The notes under the pieces: model-generated
Databases searched by the model: none
Told to the model about the DNA's origin: nothing
The model's input: only the letters and a program-made list of their open reading frames with translations
In this document: positions 1 to 12,982 of the stretch, piece after piece
Numbering within the stretch: position 1 is the first letter of the stretch
How the letters are laid out: each line of letters opens with the position of its first letter
Assembly (NCBI RefSeq): GCF_006345805.1
Contig: NC_042997.1
Span: 103,540,001-103,604,000 of the forward strand
Length of the DNA: 64,000 bases
From: Octopus sinensis
Taxonomy: Eukaryota
Direction: 5' to 3'
Position numbers and translations under genes: made by a program

Positions 1-1923
1 GCATAGAAAATATTAGTTAAATTTTTGCTCCCCTACAAAAGTTATAGCATATTTGAAGAAGAAAAATTCAATTTTCCGATAACTTATTTATTGTTATTTT
101 TTTATTGAAACACATAAAGTACAATTGATGAACAAACTGATCTAAAAATATAAGCTTTTTACTGAAATTTTGACTAAAAGAAAAACAACAAAAACCTATG
201 ATTAATGGAATCAGTCATTTTTTTAAATATAAAATTCAATAACTATTTTTGTTCCTGTTTTTCTAATTTATGATTTTATAAAGAACATCTTGTGGTTTGC
301 AATAGGCATGTCTGCCTATGGATTTAGGTGGTTCCTAGATTTTGTTTTGATGTACAAAAGAGAACTGAATCCATATGATGACAAATATGTTATTGCAAAT
401 AGAATGATGATACATTCTTTTGGTCGTAATCTCTTAAGGATTAAATCTACATAGTTTTTGGTGTGCTTGGAAGAATAAAATTGTTTTTAAGAGTTACTAA
501 TTTCATTGTAAAAAGTGATATTAATGAGGTAAAGTATATATTTTCCCTCTTTACTGCCCCCATTGAAATATGATCTTGCACCCTTAGGGTTTGCAAGCAA
601 CCCATGTAGGGCCCTCTGTTGTAGTCAAACATAAACTATTACAAATTCTTTGATATTAATAGATTTACTTTTTGAACTATGAAATGAAGTATTTTGATTA
701 TTATGGTTATAGTGTTTTCTTTTGTCTTTTCCCATTTATTATAGAATAAAAAAAAGAGAGAGATGTTTGAAGACAACAAGTTGTTCCAGCCGTCAGAAAA
801 TTCATGGAATTTCTTGAGCATGGTTCCACCAAATTTTGAATGAAAAATACTTTTATACTTCATGAGTACTCTTTATCTAGTAAGTTTATCAACAACCCCC
901 ATTGGTTAGCTGGATAAAATACAAGATTCCAGTTGTAAGTTTCTATCTTAAATGTAGTAATGTGCCCTTAGTTAAGGCACATAACTCTACCTTCTAAAAC
1001 ATCAACAAAATCTTCATAATGAAACACTCTGGAGTGGTTACTCATTGTTTTCTTCAAGATCTTGGGAAATTAACAAATCATAATCTGTTACTGTTGCTAA
1101 CAATGTGCCTATGAACTAAACACTTAACTTTCAACAACTGACTCTATCACCATCGGTCATATAATTGATTAGTGTAAACTGTGGCAGCCCTAACAGTGGT
1201 TCTGTGGTTGCCTAGCTAAGTTCATATTTCATTAGGGAATAGCTGTCTGTGATAGTTCAGTGTCCTGACTATCCCAGTAGGTGAAGTGCAGAGGTCATAG
1301 AAATTTATTTCTCTCCTATTTAAAAGAATAAAAATGAAAGTATGCAACTAGTTCAACAGATTATTAACATTCAGAAAAGCACAACTTAACTTATCTCCAA
1401 CAAACAAACAAAACACTTGGCAGTCATGCATTGCTCTTCTGCTTATCTACATAGGGTGCTTATTTATGTCCATGTTTATATGGTAATTGAAAGTGAAAAT
1501 GCTGTGTAAGTCAAGAGAAATGAACTGTCATCCTTCAAACTGAGAGATCTGTACACTTTCAAAATACCCAGCTGTGACTCCTTCTCACTCAACACACCTA
1601 CTTAAAAAAAGTCAAATCTTTTATAGTTTTTATATAATAGTTAGCATTAGCAAAGGCCAAGATTAAATCAAGAGTTTGTAAAATATATTCTGTAAGTCAT
1701 TTTGCGTGATAGTAATTTCTAAATGATAAAACGATTTTTTAATATTTGTTTTAGCCTGTGCCATTAGAGAAAATGCTGTAGTGTGTTGGAGCTCATCTGA
1801 ATTTTCAATAGCATGATTACACTTTCATTAATAACACACAAATACAATTCAAATTCCTTCTCCATTATCATCCCACCTAAAAAAACAAACAAACAAAAAT
1901 CCCACATTGTATTCTGTCACTTC

Positions 1924-3610
1924 AAGTTTTTACTCTACAAATTTGAAATCAATCCAATGTTTCCTGGATCTTCCCCTTTCTCTCTAGCCACTCACACAAA
2001 AAAACCTAAACCCCTACAAAAATTTTGTCTCTAACCATTTGGGTGACTGTTTCTGGAAATGTTTTCATATTTATTGGAACATCAATAGTATGATGAAATC
2101 CATCTCGTAGCTTGACCTCCTCTTGGCAGTGGCATAGCTAGAGTGTGTGTCACTTGGGGCAGCCCCTAAGTTTGCTCCCAACTCCAGCTGGGCCGCCAGG
2201 CATATATAGGCTTTTACCAGCAAATCTAAAAGTGTTGCGCCCATAAAAACATCACTCTGGGTGGATTGCCCACGAACTACATTGTTACTTTTCAGCCTCT
2301 GTAGTGTCACCCAACACCACAGATCATCTTACACCTTACTTCCCTGGGTATGGATACATTGAAACTCCGACACCTGGCAGCTGACTTGGTAGACACCTAT
2401 AAAATTATTAACCATCTTACAAACAATAACTCTGAGCACCTTTTCAAACTCCACCTGTCTAACACCCGTGGACATGTTTACAAAGTCAGAAAACAGCACA
2501 GCTCCCATGACTTTCGGAAACATCTTTTCATGCTAAGTGTTGCTGAAGTATGGAACAAATTGCCAGCATCAGTTGTTAGTTGTTGGAGGACTGCATCCTT
2601 CAAAACTTCCATGCTTCCTGAGATTCACCAACACTACACCTGATTTTCTCCCCTCCATACACACGCAAGCATGTATCTGACTCATACACTGTTCACTTTC
2701 CAGACATGTGTACATTACTGCATATGCTTTATATGCACTTTTGACAAGTTGTGGTGCACCTGAGCACTGTATACAATAATTTCATTATATTTATTTATTT
2801 TATCTTATATTTGAAAACAAAAGGACTAATATGTTGCAAATCATATTCTGCTGGTGATACCATTCTGATAGGTATCAATGTGTCTTTTCTCTTCTTTAAC
2901 AACTCTGTCTTTCTGTTGCTTTGGAAAGTTTGGAGTTGGAACTGCTTATGGCTGTGGTGAGCATATATGAACTCGTAACCCTGTACAGACATGTCTCCTC
3001 CATTAGAACGCTCCATACCTTTATTTTTGTGTATGTCTATATGTAGATTTTTTTGTGTGTATCTATATGTACATTTAAACATGCTTATAGGATTATATGA
3101 CACCATGGATGACTCTAGTATGTTAGTATTGTGTTATACTTAGAGCCAAAACAATCAACATTCACTTAATTTGTTACTTTTTGCAACTTTCAGGTGTCAG
3201 TCTAACAATATTTCTAACTTGTTGCCTTCCTGCTTTGCACACACGTGCGCACACACACACGATACATACGTATATGAGTGTTTTGTTGGTTAGACATTCA
3301 CTGTTGCTCTACCAAATACTTTGAGTCTAGATACATCTTCATCCATCTTATTTTCTACTTCTGTTTCGCAATTTCATTCACAGCCATACAGCATAATTAT
3401 TTTTATTTTGGCTGTGTTTCAGTATTAATATACGACATCAGTCATGGGTGAACGTCTGTGCGAGTGTGTATTTGACTTCTCAGTTTTTAAGTTTTTACTC
3501 TACAAATTTGAAATCAATCCAATGTTTCCTGGACCTTCCCCTTTCTCTCTAGCCACACACAAAAAACTCCAAACCCTGATAAAAATTTTGTCTCTAACCA
3601 TTTGGGTGAC
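1924..3610 (+). repeat. About 123-bp dispersed direct repeat (1924-2047 and 3489-3610)
   Basis: aagtttttactctacaaatttgaaatcaatccaatgtttcctgga...ctctaaccatttgggtgac occurs twice with few differences. Confidence 0.85.
2330..2800 (+). mobile_element. 3' fragment of CR1/L2-type LINE (RT C-terminal region plus 3' UTR)
   Basis: ORF 2350-2643 has DL..TYKI...TRGH..K.....RKH.F...V...WNKLP..VV, the usual CR1/L2 ORF2 C-terminus; it ends in an AT-rich tail. Confidence 0.8.
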
Positions 3611-4749
3611 AAATGGTTGAGCAGAGAAAAGACAATCACTCACTCGCTCATGACATCAGTTACTTTTAGCGAAAGAATGCCTTTTTATTTTAAAAGCGTT
3701 GTGTGGTAAAAGTGAAAATGAACTTTCTTCTATGGCACAGATTTTTTTCTCCAAATATTCATTAAGCTTGGGATCAGAAGTGGTCCGAATTTCTGGATTT
3801 ACCCCTTTTTTTTTATGAGCGCCCAAATATATCATTGAGATATAAAATTATCTATGAAAAGTAATGAATTAAATCATATTTTACAGATTCAAATGAATAC
3901 ACTTCAAAAGCAGGGTCTGTCTGATATTTAACAGCCTATATAAAATTTTTTAAATATATTATACAGTACCATGTATACAGTACAATATTTATATGATGAA
4001 AAACGATGAGAAGTAAAGAACACGATTTTATTTAATAGATACAGCTACAAATTAATACAATTCCAAAGTAGAGTATGATTAATCTTGATCAATCCACATA
4101 AAAAAGTAAGGATCAAAACTATTTTTAACGCATTACGAATAAATTATCCAACGTCAAAAACAGAGTCTTTTTACTCATTACAAGGAACATATTTCGCAGT
4201 GTTGCACGGATAAGAGTTCATATATCGTAAAAGAAATGCGGGGGTAACATAATCAGAGGGGCATAAATTAATATTTATAAATTTAAGTTGCGTCCCTTGA
4301 AAGACTTTGTATATTCGAGTTGCCTCCCTTGCAATGTTTTTTCGTGTTTATTTTTTTTCGCAATTTTTCTTTTAACGACTAATAAATTAAACTGAAATTT
4401 AAATGTTACAGTTATGTAATACTTCTAGTTATAAGTATACTTAACTTAGCAAGAATCTACATTTCTACTCTGGATTAACACTAACGTATTACAGAATTAC
4501 AGTATGATTTTTTAAAACCTCATTTAAAACATCGAATCGGTACAAAGTAACAAAACTTCATAAATTTTTCCATAATGCATTTAGCACTGTTGAATTGAAT
4601 GCAATCACATTTGGAATTGGTTCAGCCGATACGTAGTAACGATATCTATTAATCAAAATTCAATTCCAGCCAAGGACTTGCTTTTTTTTAATTTGTTGAA
4701 AAAAAAAATCTTTTCCTTTTCCATGTGGAATATCTTCTATAATTTTACG

Positions 4750-5545
4750 TGTTTTGGCCATTGGAGTGCGGCCACGCTGGGGCACCATGTTGAAAGTTTT
4801 AGTCAAACAAATCGACACTAGTGCTTATATTTTTAAAAGTTTGGTACTTATTCTATTGGTTTTCTGCTGAACCGCTAGTTACGGGAACATGAACAAACCA
4901 GCACCGGTTGTTAATCGATAATAAAAAAGTAAATGCGCCCTTTTAAAGCCTAGCCAGGCTCATGGGCCCGGTTTCCCGGCTTCTATGGCGTATGTGTTCC
5001 CTATCTGGACGGGACGCCAGTCCATCGCAGTGTTACTCATTTTTGCCAGCTGAGTGGACCGGAGCAACGTGAAATGAAGTGTTTTGCTCAAGAACACAAC
5101 GCGTCGCCCGGTCCAGGAATCGAAACCACAATCTTACTATCATGATGCTGACACCCTAACCACTAAGCCACGTGCTTCCACTCTAAAATAAATGCGACCT
5201 TTTTTTAAAGCTTAGCCAGGCTTATGGGCCCGGTTTCCCGGTTTCCATGCCGTATGTGTTCCCAAGCTGGATGGAACACCAGTCCATCGCAGCGTTACTC
5301 ATTTTTGCCAGCTGAGTGGACTGGAGCAATGTGAAATGAAGTGTTTTGCTCAAGAACACAACGCGTCGCCCGGTCCAGGAATCGAAACCACAATCTTACG
5401 ATCATGATGCTAACACCCTAAGCACTAAGCCACGCGCCTCCGCTGTTAATCGGTGGTGAGGTATAAAAAAAAAACCCACATACACACACACATGTGACGG
5501 GCTTCTGCATAGTTTCAGCCTCTCAAATTCACAATCAATCTGTCA
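4750..5545 (-). mobile_element. SINE family A (diverged), interrupted by a nested SINE dimer
   Basis: Matches the reverse complement of the family A copy at 33050-33508; split at tgttaatcg. Confidence 0.75.
4918..5443 (-). mobile_element. Head-to-tail dimer of tRNA-derived SINE family C
   Basis: Two units of about 260 bp; the minus strand starts ggaggcgcgtggcttagtg..tagggtg (A box) and ggtttcgattcc (B box), followed by CORE-like gtgttcttgagcaaaacactt; flanked by tgttaatcg repeats. Confidence 0.85.
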
Positions 5546-5914
5546 CCGAACACGAAACCACGTAGTAGCAAAGCGAACTTCTTAACTGTACAACCAGAAG
5601 ATGTATCAGCCATTTGAATCAACCCAATGTTAACAACAACAGTTCCCCAATCAGCTTGCAGCTAGTAAAAAGAGCATGGAGTAAGGTGGAAGCGTCCACA
5701 GAAATAGTTGATGATCTTGAAAGATTAGAAGAATGTAACGTTCAACTGTCTGGAATAATTCATATAACTTTTTAAAAACTGAAGCGAGAAATGAGAAGTA
5801 CGACTCTCACCAATTTTCAGCTGCTGATGTTGCTTCGTTAGCAATGTAAGCAAGAGTGCATTTTGATTAAAAAACCAATATAAGAGTTTATTTCATGATA
5901 TCTAATGCAGTATA

Positions 5915-6146
5915 AGTCGGCGAGCTGGCAGAAATGTTAGCACGCCGGACGAAATGCTTATCAGTATTTCGTCAGCCGTTACGTTCTGGGTTCAAATTCC
6001 GCCGAGGTCGACTTTGCCTTTCATCCTTTCGTGGTCGATAAATTAAGTACCAGTTACGCACTGGGGTCGATAGAATCGACTTAATCCCTTTGTCTGTCCT
6101 TGTTTGTCTCCTCTGTGTTTAGCCCCTTGTGGGCAATAAAGAAATA
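5915..6146 (+). mobile_element. SINE family B with 18-bp TSD
   Basis: ggcgagctggcagaa...gttcaaattccgccgaggtcgactttgcctttcatcc; flanked by gatatcta(a/c)tgcagtata at 5897-5914 and 6147-6164. Confidence 0.85.
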
Positions 6147-6261
6147 GATATCTACTGCAGTATAGTTTGTTCTAACAGAACATCCACATTTAAGTGGGAA
6201 TAAATAGTATCTCTCAGTATTAATACTGCCTCTGTCTCTGACATATATTTACTCTTCTCTT

Positions 6262-6553
6262 TTTACTCTTTTACTTGTTTCAGCCATGTGAGTGTGGTCA
6301 TGCTGGAGCACCGCCTTTAGTCGAACAAATCGACCCCAGGACTTATTCTTTGTAAGCCTGGTACTTATTCTATCGGTCTTTTTTGCCGAACCGCTAATGT
6401 TACGGGGACATAAACACACCAGCATCGGTTGTCAAGCGATGTTGGGGGGACAAACACAGACACACAACACACACACACACACACACCACACACACACACA
6501 CACACACCACACACACACATATATACATATATACGACGGGCTTCTTTCAGTGT
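6262..6553 (-). mobile_element. SINE family A, 3' part
   Basis: Reverse complement of the family A tail with internal CA/TA microsatellite. Confidence 0.85.
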
Positions 6554-7170
6554 CCATGCATTAGAGGGCTCATTTACCTACGTATAACACAGACTGCTAT
6601 ATTGACAACTATTTTGTTGGTTTACTCTTCAAAACACGCTAAAAAGAAATTTTGAAATATTTGCTGATGAAAGTGATAAATGAAATCTGGAATACATAAC
6701 CATTCTGTGAAACATGGGGCTTCACTCGTCGTTATCCTAATCGTTACCCCGACTACTTTATTTCGAATTTTTATTCTTTATTCAGCTGATGAATCTCTTA
6801 GTATTACTGTCTTCGCTGTCTCCACACCCTATCTCTCTATGTCGTACGGTATTTATGGGGTCCAATTGGCTACAGGATTTACTTTCGAATCCTTTGTTAG
6901 ATCGAGTGAACATTCAAGTCGTAAACCATCTTAAAATTTAGATGCTAAGTTTGAGAATAAACAAATGAAAAAGGGAAAATGACTGTGATTTATAGCATAA
7001 GAAATGATGAATTCTGTATACAATTCAGTTGCAATCTAAATATCATTTATTTCATCCGAGTCCTCTTTGATCTACTGTCCATACTCACCAGTGACATATA
7101 CAGTAATATCTCACTCTACAAAAATCCGCTTTGCGAGAACCCGGGTATACTAGTTTTATTTTACAATTAA

Positions 7171-7654
7171 TATAAAGATCCAAATTTTGAACGATGTGCA
7201 AAAATTTCTACTACCACAACAAATGCTTCTGAGTGTTATCGAGAAATTTATAGAGAACGAAAAAAAGTTTCTTCAAAGCAAACAACTCTAGACTTCTTTT
7301 TAAAAAAGAAATCTACAAGTCCGTCTACGAGTGCTTGTGAATCGGCAATCGCGTCTGCAAGTGATGGTGGGCGAGAGTCTAGTGCAAATGAAAGTCATTC
7401 TGAAAACGATTATAATAAAAATATTTTTGTTTCATAAATGATATTGACATATTTTTATTTTACGTAAAATATTCTTTACATTCTACTGTTGTTTTACTGC
7501 CATTTATTTACGAATATTATGGTAAAATATTTTTCAGGGAGCGAATTACGATTTATGACATTGCTACTATGGGAAATTATTGCTCTACTTTATGAGTTTT
7601 CGCTTTACGAATGGTGTCCGGGAACACATTAATTCGTATATCGAGGCGATACTG
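7171..7654 (+). mobile_element. pogo/Tigger-like DNA transposon, 3' remnant
   Basis: Translates DPNFERCAK...CYREIYRERKK..KQTTLDFF, like the Tigger transposase C-terminus; ends in TIR-like ttcgtatatcgaggcgatactg followed by TA. Confidence 0.75.
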
Positions 7655-7835
7655 TATTCTTCATAAATTCTACTTCTACAGCAATGTTCTACGAGTCAGC
7701 CAGACAGAGCATCCGAATGAGTTAATAATCACACCTTAATGTTTTAAAATGAAAGACACTTGATAAAGCAGTCTTAGATTAACAATGTGTCGAAAGGAAG
7801 TTAGAGTTCAGCTGGGTTTAAACAACTACGACAAT

Positions 7836-9470
7836 GGCTCAAAAGCAAATAGCAAGGCCATGTAGGGGGACATGGAGTTAAGTACAGGGTGGTGTTCATG
7901 TAAAGAGTTCAGGCCACTTGAGGTCCAGGGAGGCTTTGAACAAAGCGGTTGTCGGCATCTTCACCATCTCGTCTGGCTGCTTGTTCCACTGATCCGCAAC
8001 CCCGACGGAGAAAGCTCCTCTCCTTCGATTGAGATGAAATCGTCGCAGGTAGAGCTTTTCGGAATGACCCCGCAGCCGACGCTCTGGAGCAGGAGTGAAG
8101 AACAGCTCTTTCGAGAGGTTACACTTTCCGCTTATGATGTTGTAGGCGAGAATGAGATCACCACGGCGGCGGCGTTTTTCAAGAGAATAAAGGTCGAGCG
8201 TCCTCAGCCTTTCTTCGTAGGACAAATTTTTGAGACCATGAACCATGCGGGTAGCCAGCTTCTGGACTTTTTCGAGATGCTGTATGTCTTTGAGGAGATA
8301 AGGAGAAGAGGCTTGAATCCCATACTCCAATATGGGTCTCACCAGCGTGACATAGAGTGGTAGGAATATGGCTGCTGTGAGCATTCCGAATGACCGTCGA
8401 ATCAAGAACAGAATTCCGCGTGCTTTGTTGGCAGCATGGACGCACTGGGCCGAAGGCGAAAAGGAGGAATCCACCAAGATACCCAGGTCCTTTACCTGAT
8501 CGGTCCTCTCCAGCAGCAGACGACCCGGCTCGAAATCAAGTTGAGTTGCAGGAGTAGAGCCGACAGGCAGATGACAGCACTTTGACACGTTCAGACACAG
8601 GTCCCAATTGTTAGACCACTTCCAAATTTGGTGGAGGCATCGACGAAGATCGTCTATATTACCGCGAGGAGCGACCAGTTTGATATCGTCGGCAAATAGA
8701 AGGGTGTGTTGCGTGAGGTCGTCGGGCAAGTCATTTATGAAGACTAAGAACAACAAGGGCCCAAGCACTGAACCTTGAGGCACGCCACTGCTCGCACTGG
8801 AGACGTCGGACCGCGAACCATTAACTTGGACTTGGAAGGAGCGATCTGAGAGGAAGGCACCAACCCATCGTATAATATCTGGATGGAAACTATATGCTTG
8901 AAGCTTGACAAGTAATAGGCGGTGGTTTACCGATTCAAAAGCTTTGGCAAAGTCCAATAAAACGATGTCAACAGCATCACTATCATCGAGGATGCGCGTC
9001 ACCAATTCTTCCATTACTAGTAAGTTGGTCAAGCATGATCTCTTCGGCACGAAGCCGTGTTGGGAATCAGAGATAGAGGCTGTGTTTAGGAGGTGGAGCA
9101 TCATACTTTTCTTAAGGATGGTTTCGAACATCTTGCTGATTATTGATGTAAGGGAAACCGGTCGGTAGTTAAGCGGGTCTTCGCGGCTCCCTTTCTTGAA
9201 AATTGGGCAGATTATCGCTGTTCTCCAGTCTGCAGGTATAACACCCGTCGCCAATGACATATTGAATAGTCGTGTTAAGGGCTCGCAGATGACCGGAGCC
9301 AACGCTTTGATAACCCGTGGGTGTATGCCGTCAGGGCCGTGACCCTTGTTGACATCGAGGCCTTGAATAACACGTTTGACTTCGTCCCGCGTGATGACCA
9401 ATCGAAGCATTGGAGGTACCGATCTATCAAATGGAGGGGGTTCACGACCATCATCTTGTTTGAAAATACT
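7836..9470 (-). mobile_element. 5'-truncated CR1-type LINE
   Basis: GC-richer island; the reading frame continues upstream of the Met (SIFKQDDGREPPP) to about 9470; short 3' UTR. Confidence 0.9.
7896..9410 (-). CDS. Reverse transcriptase (LINE ORF2 RT domain, CR1-like), uninterrupted 504 aa
   Basis: KGHGPDGIHP, PIFKKG, NYRPVSLTS, QHGF, DFAKAF, GVPQGSVLGPLLF, FADD, KDLG motifs. Confidence 0.95.
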   Translation of the reverse strand: MLRLVITRDEVKRVIQGLDVNKGHGPDGIHPRVIKALAPVICEPLTRLFNMSLATGVIPADWRTAIICPIFKKGSREDPLNYRPVSLTSIISKMFETILKKSMMLHLLNTASISDSQHGFVPKRSCLTNLLVMEELVTRILDDSDAVDIVLLDFAKAFESVNHRLLLVKLQAYSFHPDIIRWVGAFLSDRSFQVQVNGSRSDVSSASSGVPQGSVLGPLLFLVFINDLPDDLTQHTLLFADDIKLVAPRGNIDDLRRCLHQIWKWSNNWDLCLNVSKCCHLPVGSTPATQLDFEPGRLLLERTDQVKDLGILVDSSFSPSAQCVHAANKARGILFLIRRSFGMLTAAIFLPLYVTLVRPILEYGIQASSPYLLKDIQHLEKVQKLATRMVHGLKNLSYEERLRTLDLYSLEKRRRRGDLILAYNIISGKCNLSKELFFTPAPERRLRGHSEKLYLRRFHLNRRRGAFSVGVADQWNKQPDEMVKMPTTALFKASLDLKWPELFT

Positions 9471-9676
9471 TATTAAATACTTATGAATGTAGTATTTACA
9501 GAGTGTAGTATATACATTGCGGTTGCAACACCGAGCCCTGAATAGAATTTACTTTGCAATTGCTGTACCTGGCTCTGCCTGCCTATCTCGTGTTGGTCTA
9601 GTCATCCACTTGTGAGTCAGCTGTGGACATAAAAAGCTCCATTTCAAAAATCTTAGCAAAATTGAGTCGTAATAAC

Positions 9677-10062
9677 GATTTCAAATTTTGACACGAGGCC
9701 TGCAATTTTGGAAGTATGGGGCGGTAAGTCGATTACATCGACCCCAGTGGTCAACTGGTAGTGATTTTATCGATTCCGAAAGGATGGAAGGTAAAGTCGA
9801 CCTCGGCGGAATTTGAACTCAGAACGTGTAAACGGACGAAATACCTATTCTTTACTACCCACAAGGGGCTAAACACAGAGAGGACAAACAAGGACAGACA
9901 AACGGATTAAGTTGATTATATCGACCCCAGTGCGTAACTGGTACTTATTTAATCGACCCCAAAAGGATGAAAAGCAAAGTTGACCTCGGCGGAATTTGAA
10001 CTCAGAACGTGAAAACGGACGAAATGCCGCTAAGCACTTTGCTCGAGCGTGCTAACGATCCT
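9677..10062 (-). mobile_element. SINE family B composite (self-nested dimer)
   Basis: The B core occurs twice with two different tails; junction acgaaatacctattctttac. Confidence 0.85.
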
Positions 10063-10633
10063 GTGAAATGATGATGACGATGGCAATGATGATGATGATG
10101 ATGCTGCTGATGTTGATGATGATGATGATGATGACGATGATATACATGAACTTTGTGTTGGATATAAGAACACACATTAAAAAAAAATAAAGCCACTGGA
10201 ACGTGAAGACCGAATGTACCAGTTTGGATATCTTTCATAGAAAGCAACAACATAAAGCTTAAATACTCTTCTAATCTCATTGAAACTTACAGCTGCAGGA
10301 AATATTCCATTTAATTACTTCATAAAACACATGTTAAATTACACCAATTACATTACATAATTTCCTACATTCTCTCTGACTGTAACGCAGTCACTGAATT
10401 TCATTTCATAAATTCGGTTTCTCCCGAATATTATAGTCAACAAATAAATAGCACACAAGCCAACGAAACTTCTCTGCGTTTGATCGACCTACTTGAAACA
10501 ACTACCAAATTCTCTTATGCCACATACTAATATCGTTGTACAGGATGGATACATTGAACAATATAGTCCTCGCCCTCTCTCCTTTCCTCTCCTGCTCTGG
10601 AAAAAATAATACTCGAATATCGGAGGGAGAGTA

Positions 10634-10800
10634 ATATACTTTATTAATAAAGCTGCAAAAGACATCACAAAAACTGTTGCTCAGAGTTTCATGTTCCCGT
10701 TCGTCGAACAGTTTTGATTACGATCCGATGAACGGGAACGTGAAACTCTGAGTAACAGTTTTTGTGATGTCTTTGCAGCGTAATTAATAAAGTGTATATA
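10634..10800. repeat. Foldback inverted repeat with two minimal HHR-like motifs
   Basis: Arms of about 70 bp; plus strand ccgatga-acgggaacgt-gaaa-ctctgag-ta-acagtttt (10725-10762); mirror copy 10670-10715 carries stem I aaaactgt/acagtttt. Confidence 0.75.
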
Positions 10801-11038
10801 TATATATGAGGCGACTGAAGAAGGGGAATTTTCCTTTTTTTGTATGTCCTGTAATCTATCTTTTCGTTGTTTAAGAAAAATGTCCATTTCCTTGGTTTTG
10901 TGTTTAGGTTATCGTTTCTCATTGTGTTCGACGTTTTTTTGGTGTCCTGTACCCATATATGCATGTATATATACATGCAGAGGTAGGTACGTACATATAT
11001 GTATGTATATATGCATATGTTTTATTTATTTATTAATT

Positions 11039-11075
<37 letters not shown>

Positions 11076-11077
<2 letters not shown>

Positions 11078-11503
11078 AATATAAGAGAGTGACCACTATG
11101 TGGTCTACTCTAGCACTAAAAATAGATCCGCTAGGTTTCAGCCACGAAGAATTGTTCCGTGAATTTTGGCGGGGGCACTTGAATTATAACGGCGAATGCA
11201 ATCGACTGAACCGCATGTATGTTTATCGTTATGGTAAAATCTGGCATGCGGTTGAGTAAATTGTATTCTGGACGGGTTCGGCTGAGGAGCTACAGATATG
11301 TTATGTGAGTAAAATTACATAATTTATTAATAGCGAAACAATTGTCCTGAATTAATCTACATTTTTGTTATTTTTATTTACCCTGTTCGTTTACGCTAAT
11401 AGTTGTGTTAACTTTCATCGGAAACAATTTTTCGTGGCTGAAACCTAGCGGATCTATTTTTAGTGCTAGAGTAGACCACATAGTGGTCACTCTCTTATAT
11501 TTA
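11076..11503. repeat. Inverted repeat, about 88-bp arms, about 250-bp spacer
   Basis: taaatataagagagtgaccactatgtggtctactctagcac...cagccacgaa versus its reverse complement at 11414-11503. Confidence 0.9.
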
Positions 11504-11611
11504 CGTATAAAATTTATTGTATTCCTGGTTTTTATGTACTAAGCCACTAGTGTTAAATTGATGGTACTAGTGTTAAATTAGTATCCAATTTTCTCACCCT
11601 TATTAGTTGAT

Positions 11612-11713
<102 letters not shown>

Positions 11714-12211
11714 CATACATACATACATATCAGCACGGACGTTCAAAAGAGTGAGTGTATTTTTCTCTCTTCTATCGTTTCCCTTTTCAAAAAAATATTT
11801 CTCCCAGCCTTCACTATTTTCCTCTCGTTGTGGTCTAACGACCCTCCATGATTGTTTTCGTACAGTTTCCTTGTATGTCTTGTATGTCTCCACTTTCATG
11901 TTTTTGTTCCCAACTTTAGCCCTTCATAAATCCTAAATTTGGGGACTCATATTGTTGTTGAATGCTCGAAGTAAGGAGTAGATAGACAGCCAACAACTGT
12001 TGAAGGGTCTTTTCTCTGTGCTTACTTGTCCTGTTCTACATTTTTTCTCGTTGTTTACGTATTTAACTCGTTTATTTAAGTATTTCCTGTTGTTTGAACC
12101 GTTGGTAACGTCCTGTTCCCACATGTATATATCTACCTAAATACACGTACATGCATATATGTACAGGCAACACACATACACACTAATACACACACACACA
12201 CAAACACACAA

Positions 12212-12760
12212 GGCGTGAATGTGTGATAAGAAATTTGCTTCCCGGTCATATGGATCCGAGATCAGTCCTAATGCGTGGCACTATGGGTAAGTAACTTGTA
12301 CCATAGCTTCAGGTCGACCAACGTCTTGTGGGTGGATTTGGCAGATGGAAACAAACTGAAAGAAGCCCGTCTTGTATGTATGTATGTATGTATGTATGTA
12401 TGTATGTATGTATGTATGTATGTATGTATGTATGTATGTATGTATGTATGTATGTATGTATGTATGTATGTATGTGTGTGTGGGTGTGTATGTATGTATG
12501 CATACATGCATGCATGCATGTATGTATGTATGTATGTATGTATGTATGTATGTGTGTGTGTGTGTGTGTTTATTTGTGTGACAACCAGCATTGGTGTGTT
12601 AACGTCCTCGTAAATTAGCGATTCGGAAAAGAACCCGATAAAATAAGCACAAGGCTTAAAAAAATGTCCCGGGCATCTATTTGTTCGACTAAAACCCTTC
12701 GAGGTGGTGCCCCAGCATGGCTGCAGTCAAATAACTGAAACAAGTAAAAAATTAAAAGAT
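12212..12760 (+). mobile_element. SINE family A with expanded internal (TATG)n
   Basis: Head, aactgaaagaagcccgtc, microsatellite, then tail ending ctgaaacaagtaaaa. Confidence 0.8.
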
Positions 12761-12982
12761 GCGTTTTGACTCAGAGTTGTAACATACATCCAGCTTAGTT
12801 TTTTACTGGTAGATTTACCCGCGACTTGCGAGTTATTATCAAAGATGGCGGTCTGATCGCGATTGCATAGAAGACAGCAACTCAACTGCAACTAATTAAA
12901 GATTCATTGGACACAGCGTGTGGCAGTTGTTGTCGCTGGGCCTAATTCATTGTAAAGCAGATACCATCATGAATGATATCCT

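Noticed and set aside
6660-6800. ctgatga motifs at 6664 and 6786
   Set aside because: No convincing stem II, GAAA and stem III arrangement
7120-7153. Helitron-like end (cccgggtatactag-t)
   Set aside because: The hairpin is weak and no matching other terminus was found
7872-9168. ORFs overlapping the RT in other frames or strands
   Set aside because: Shadow frames of the LINE RT
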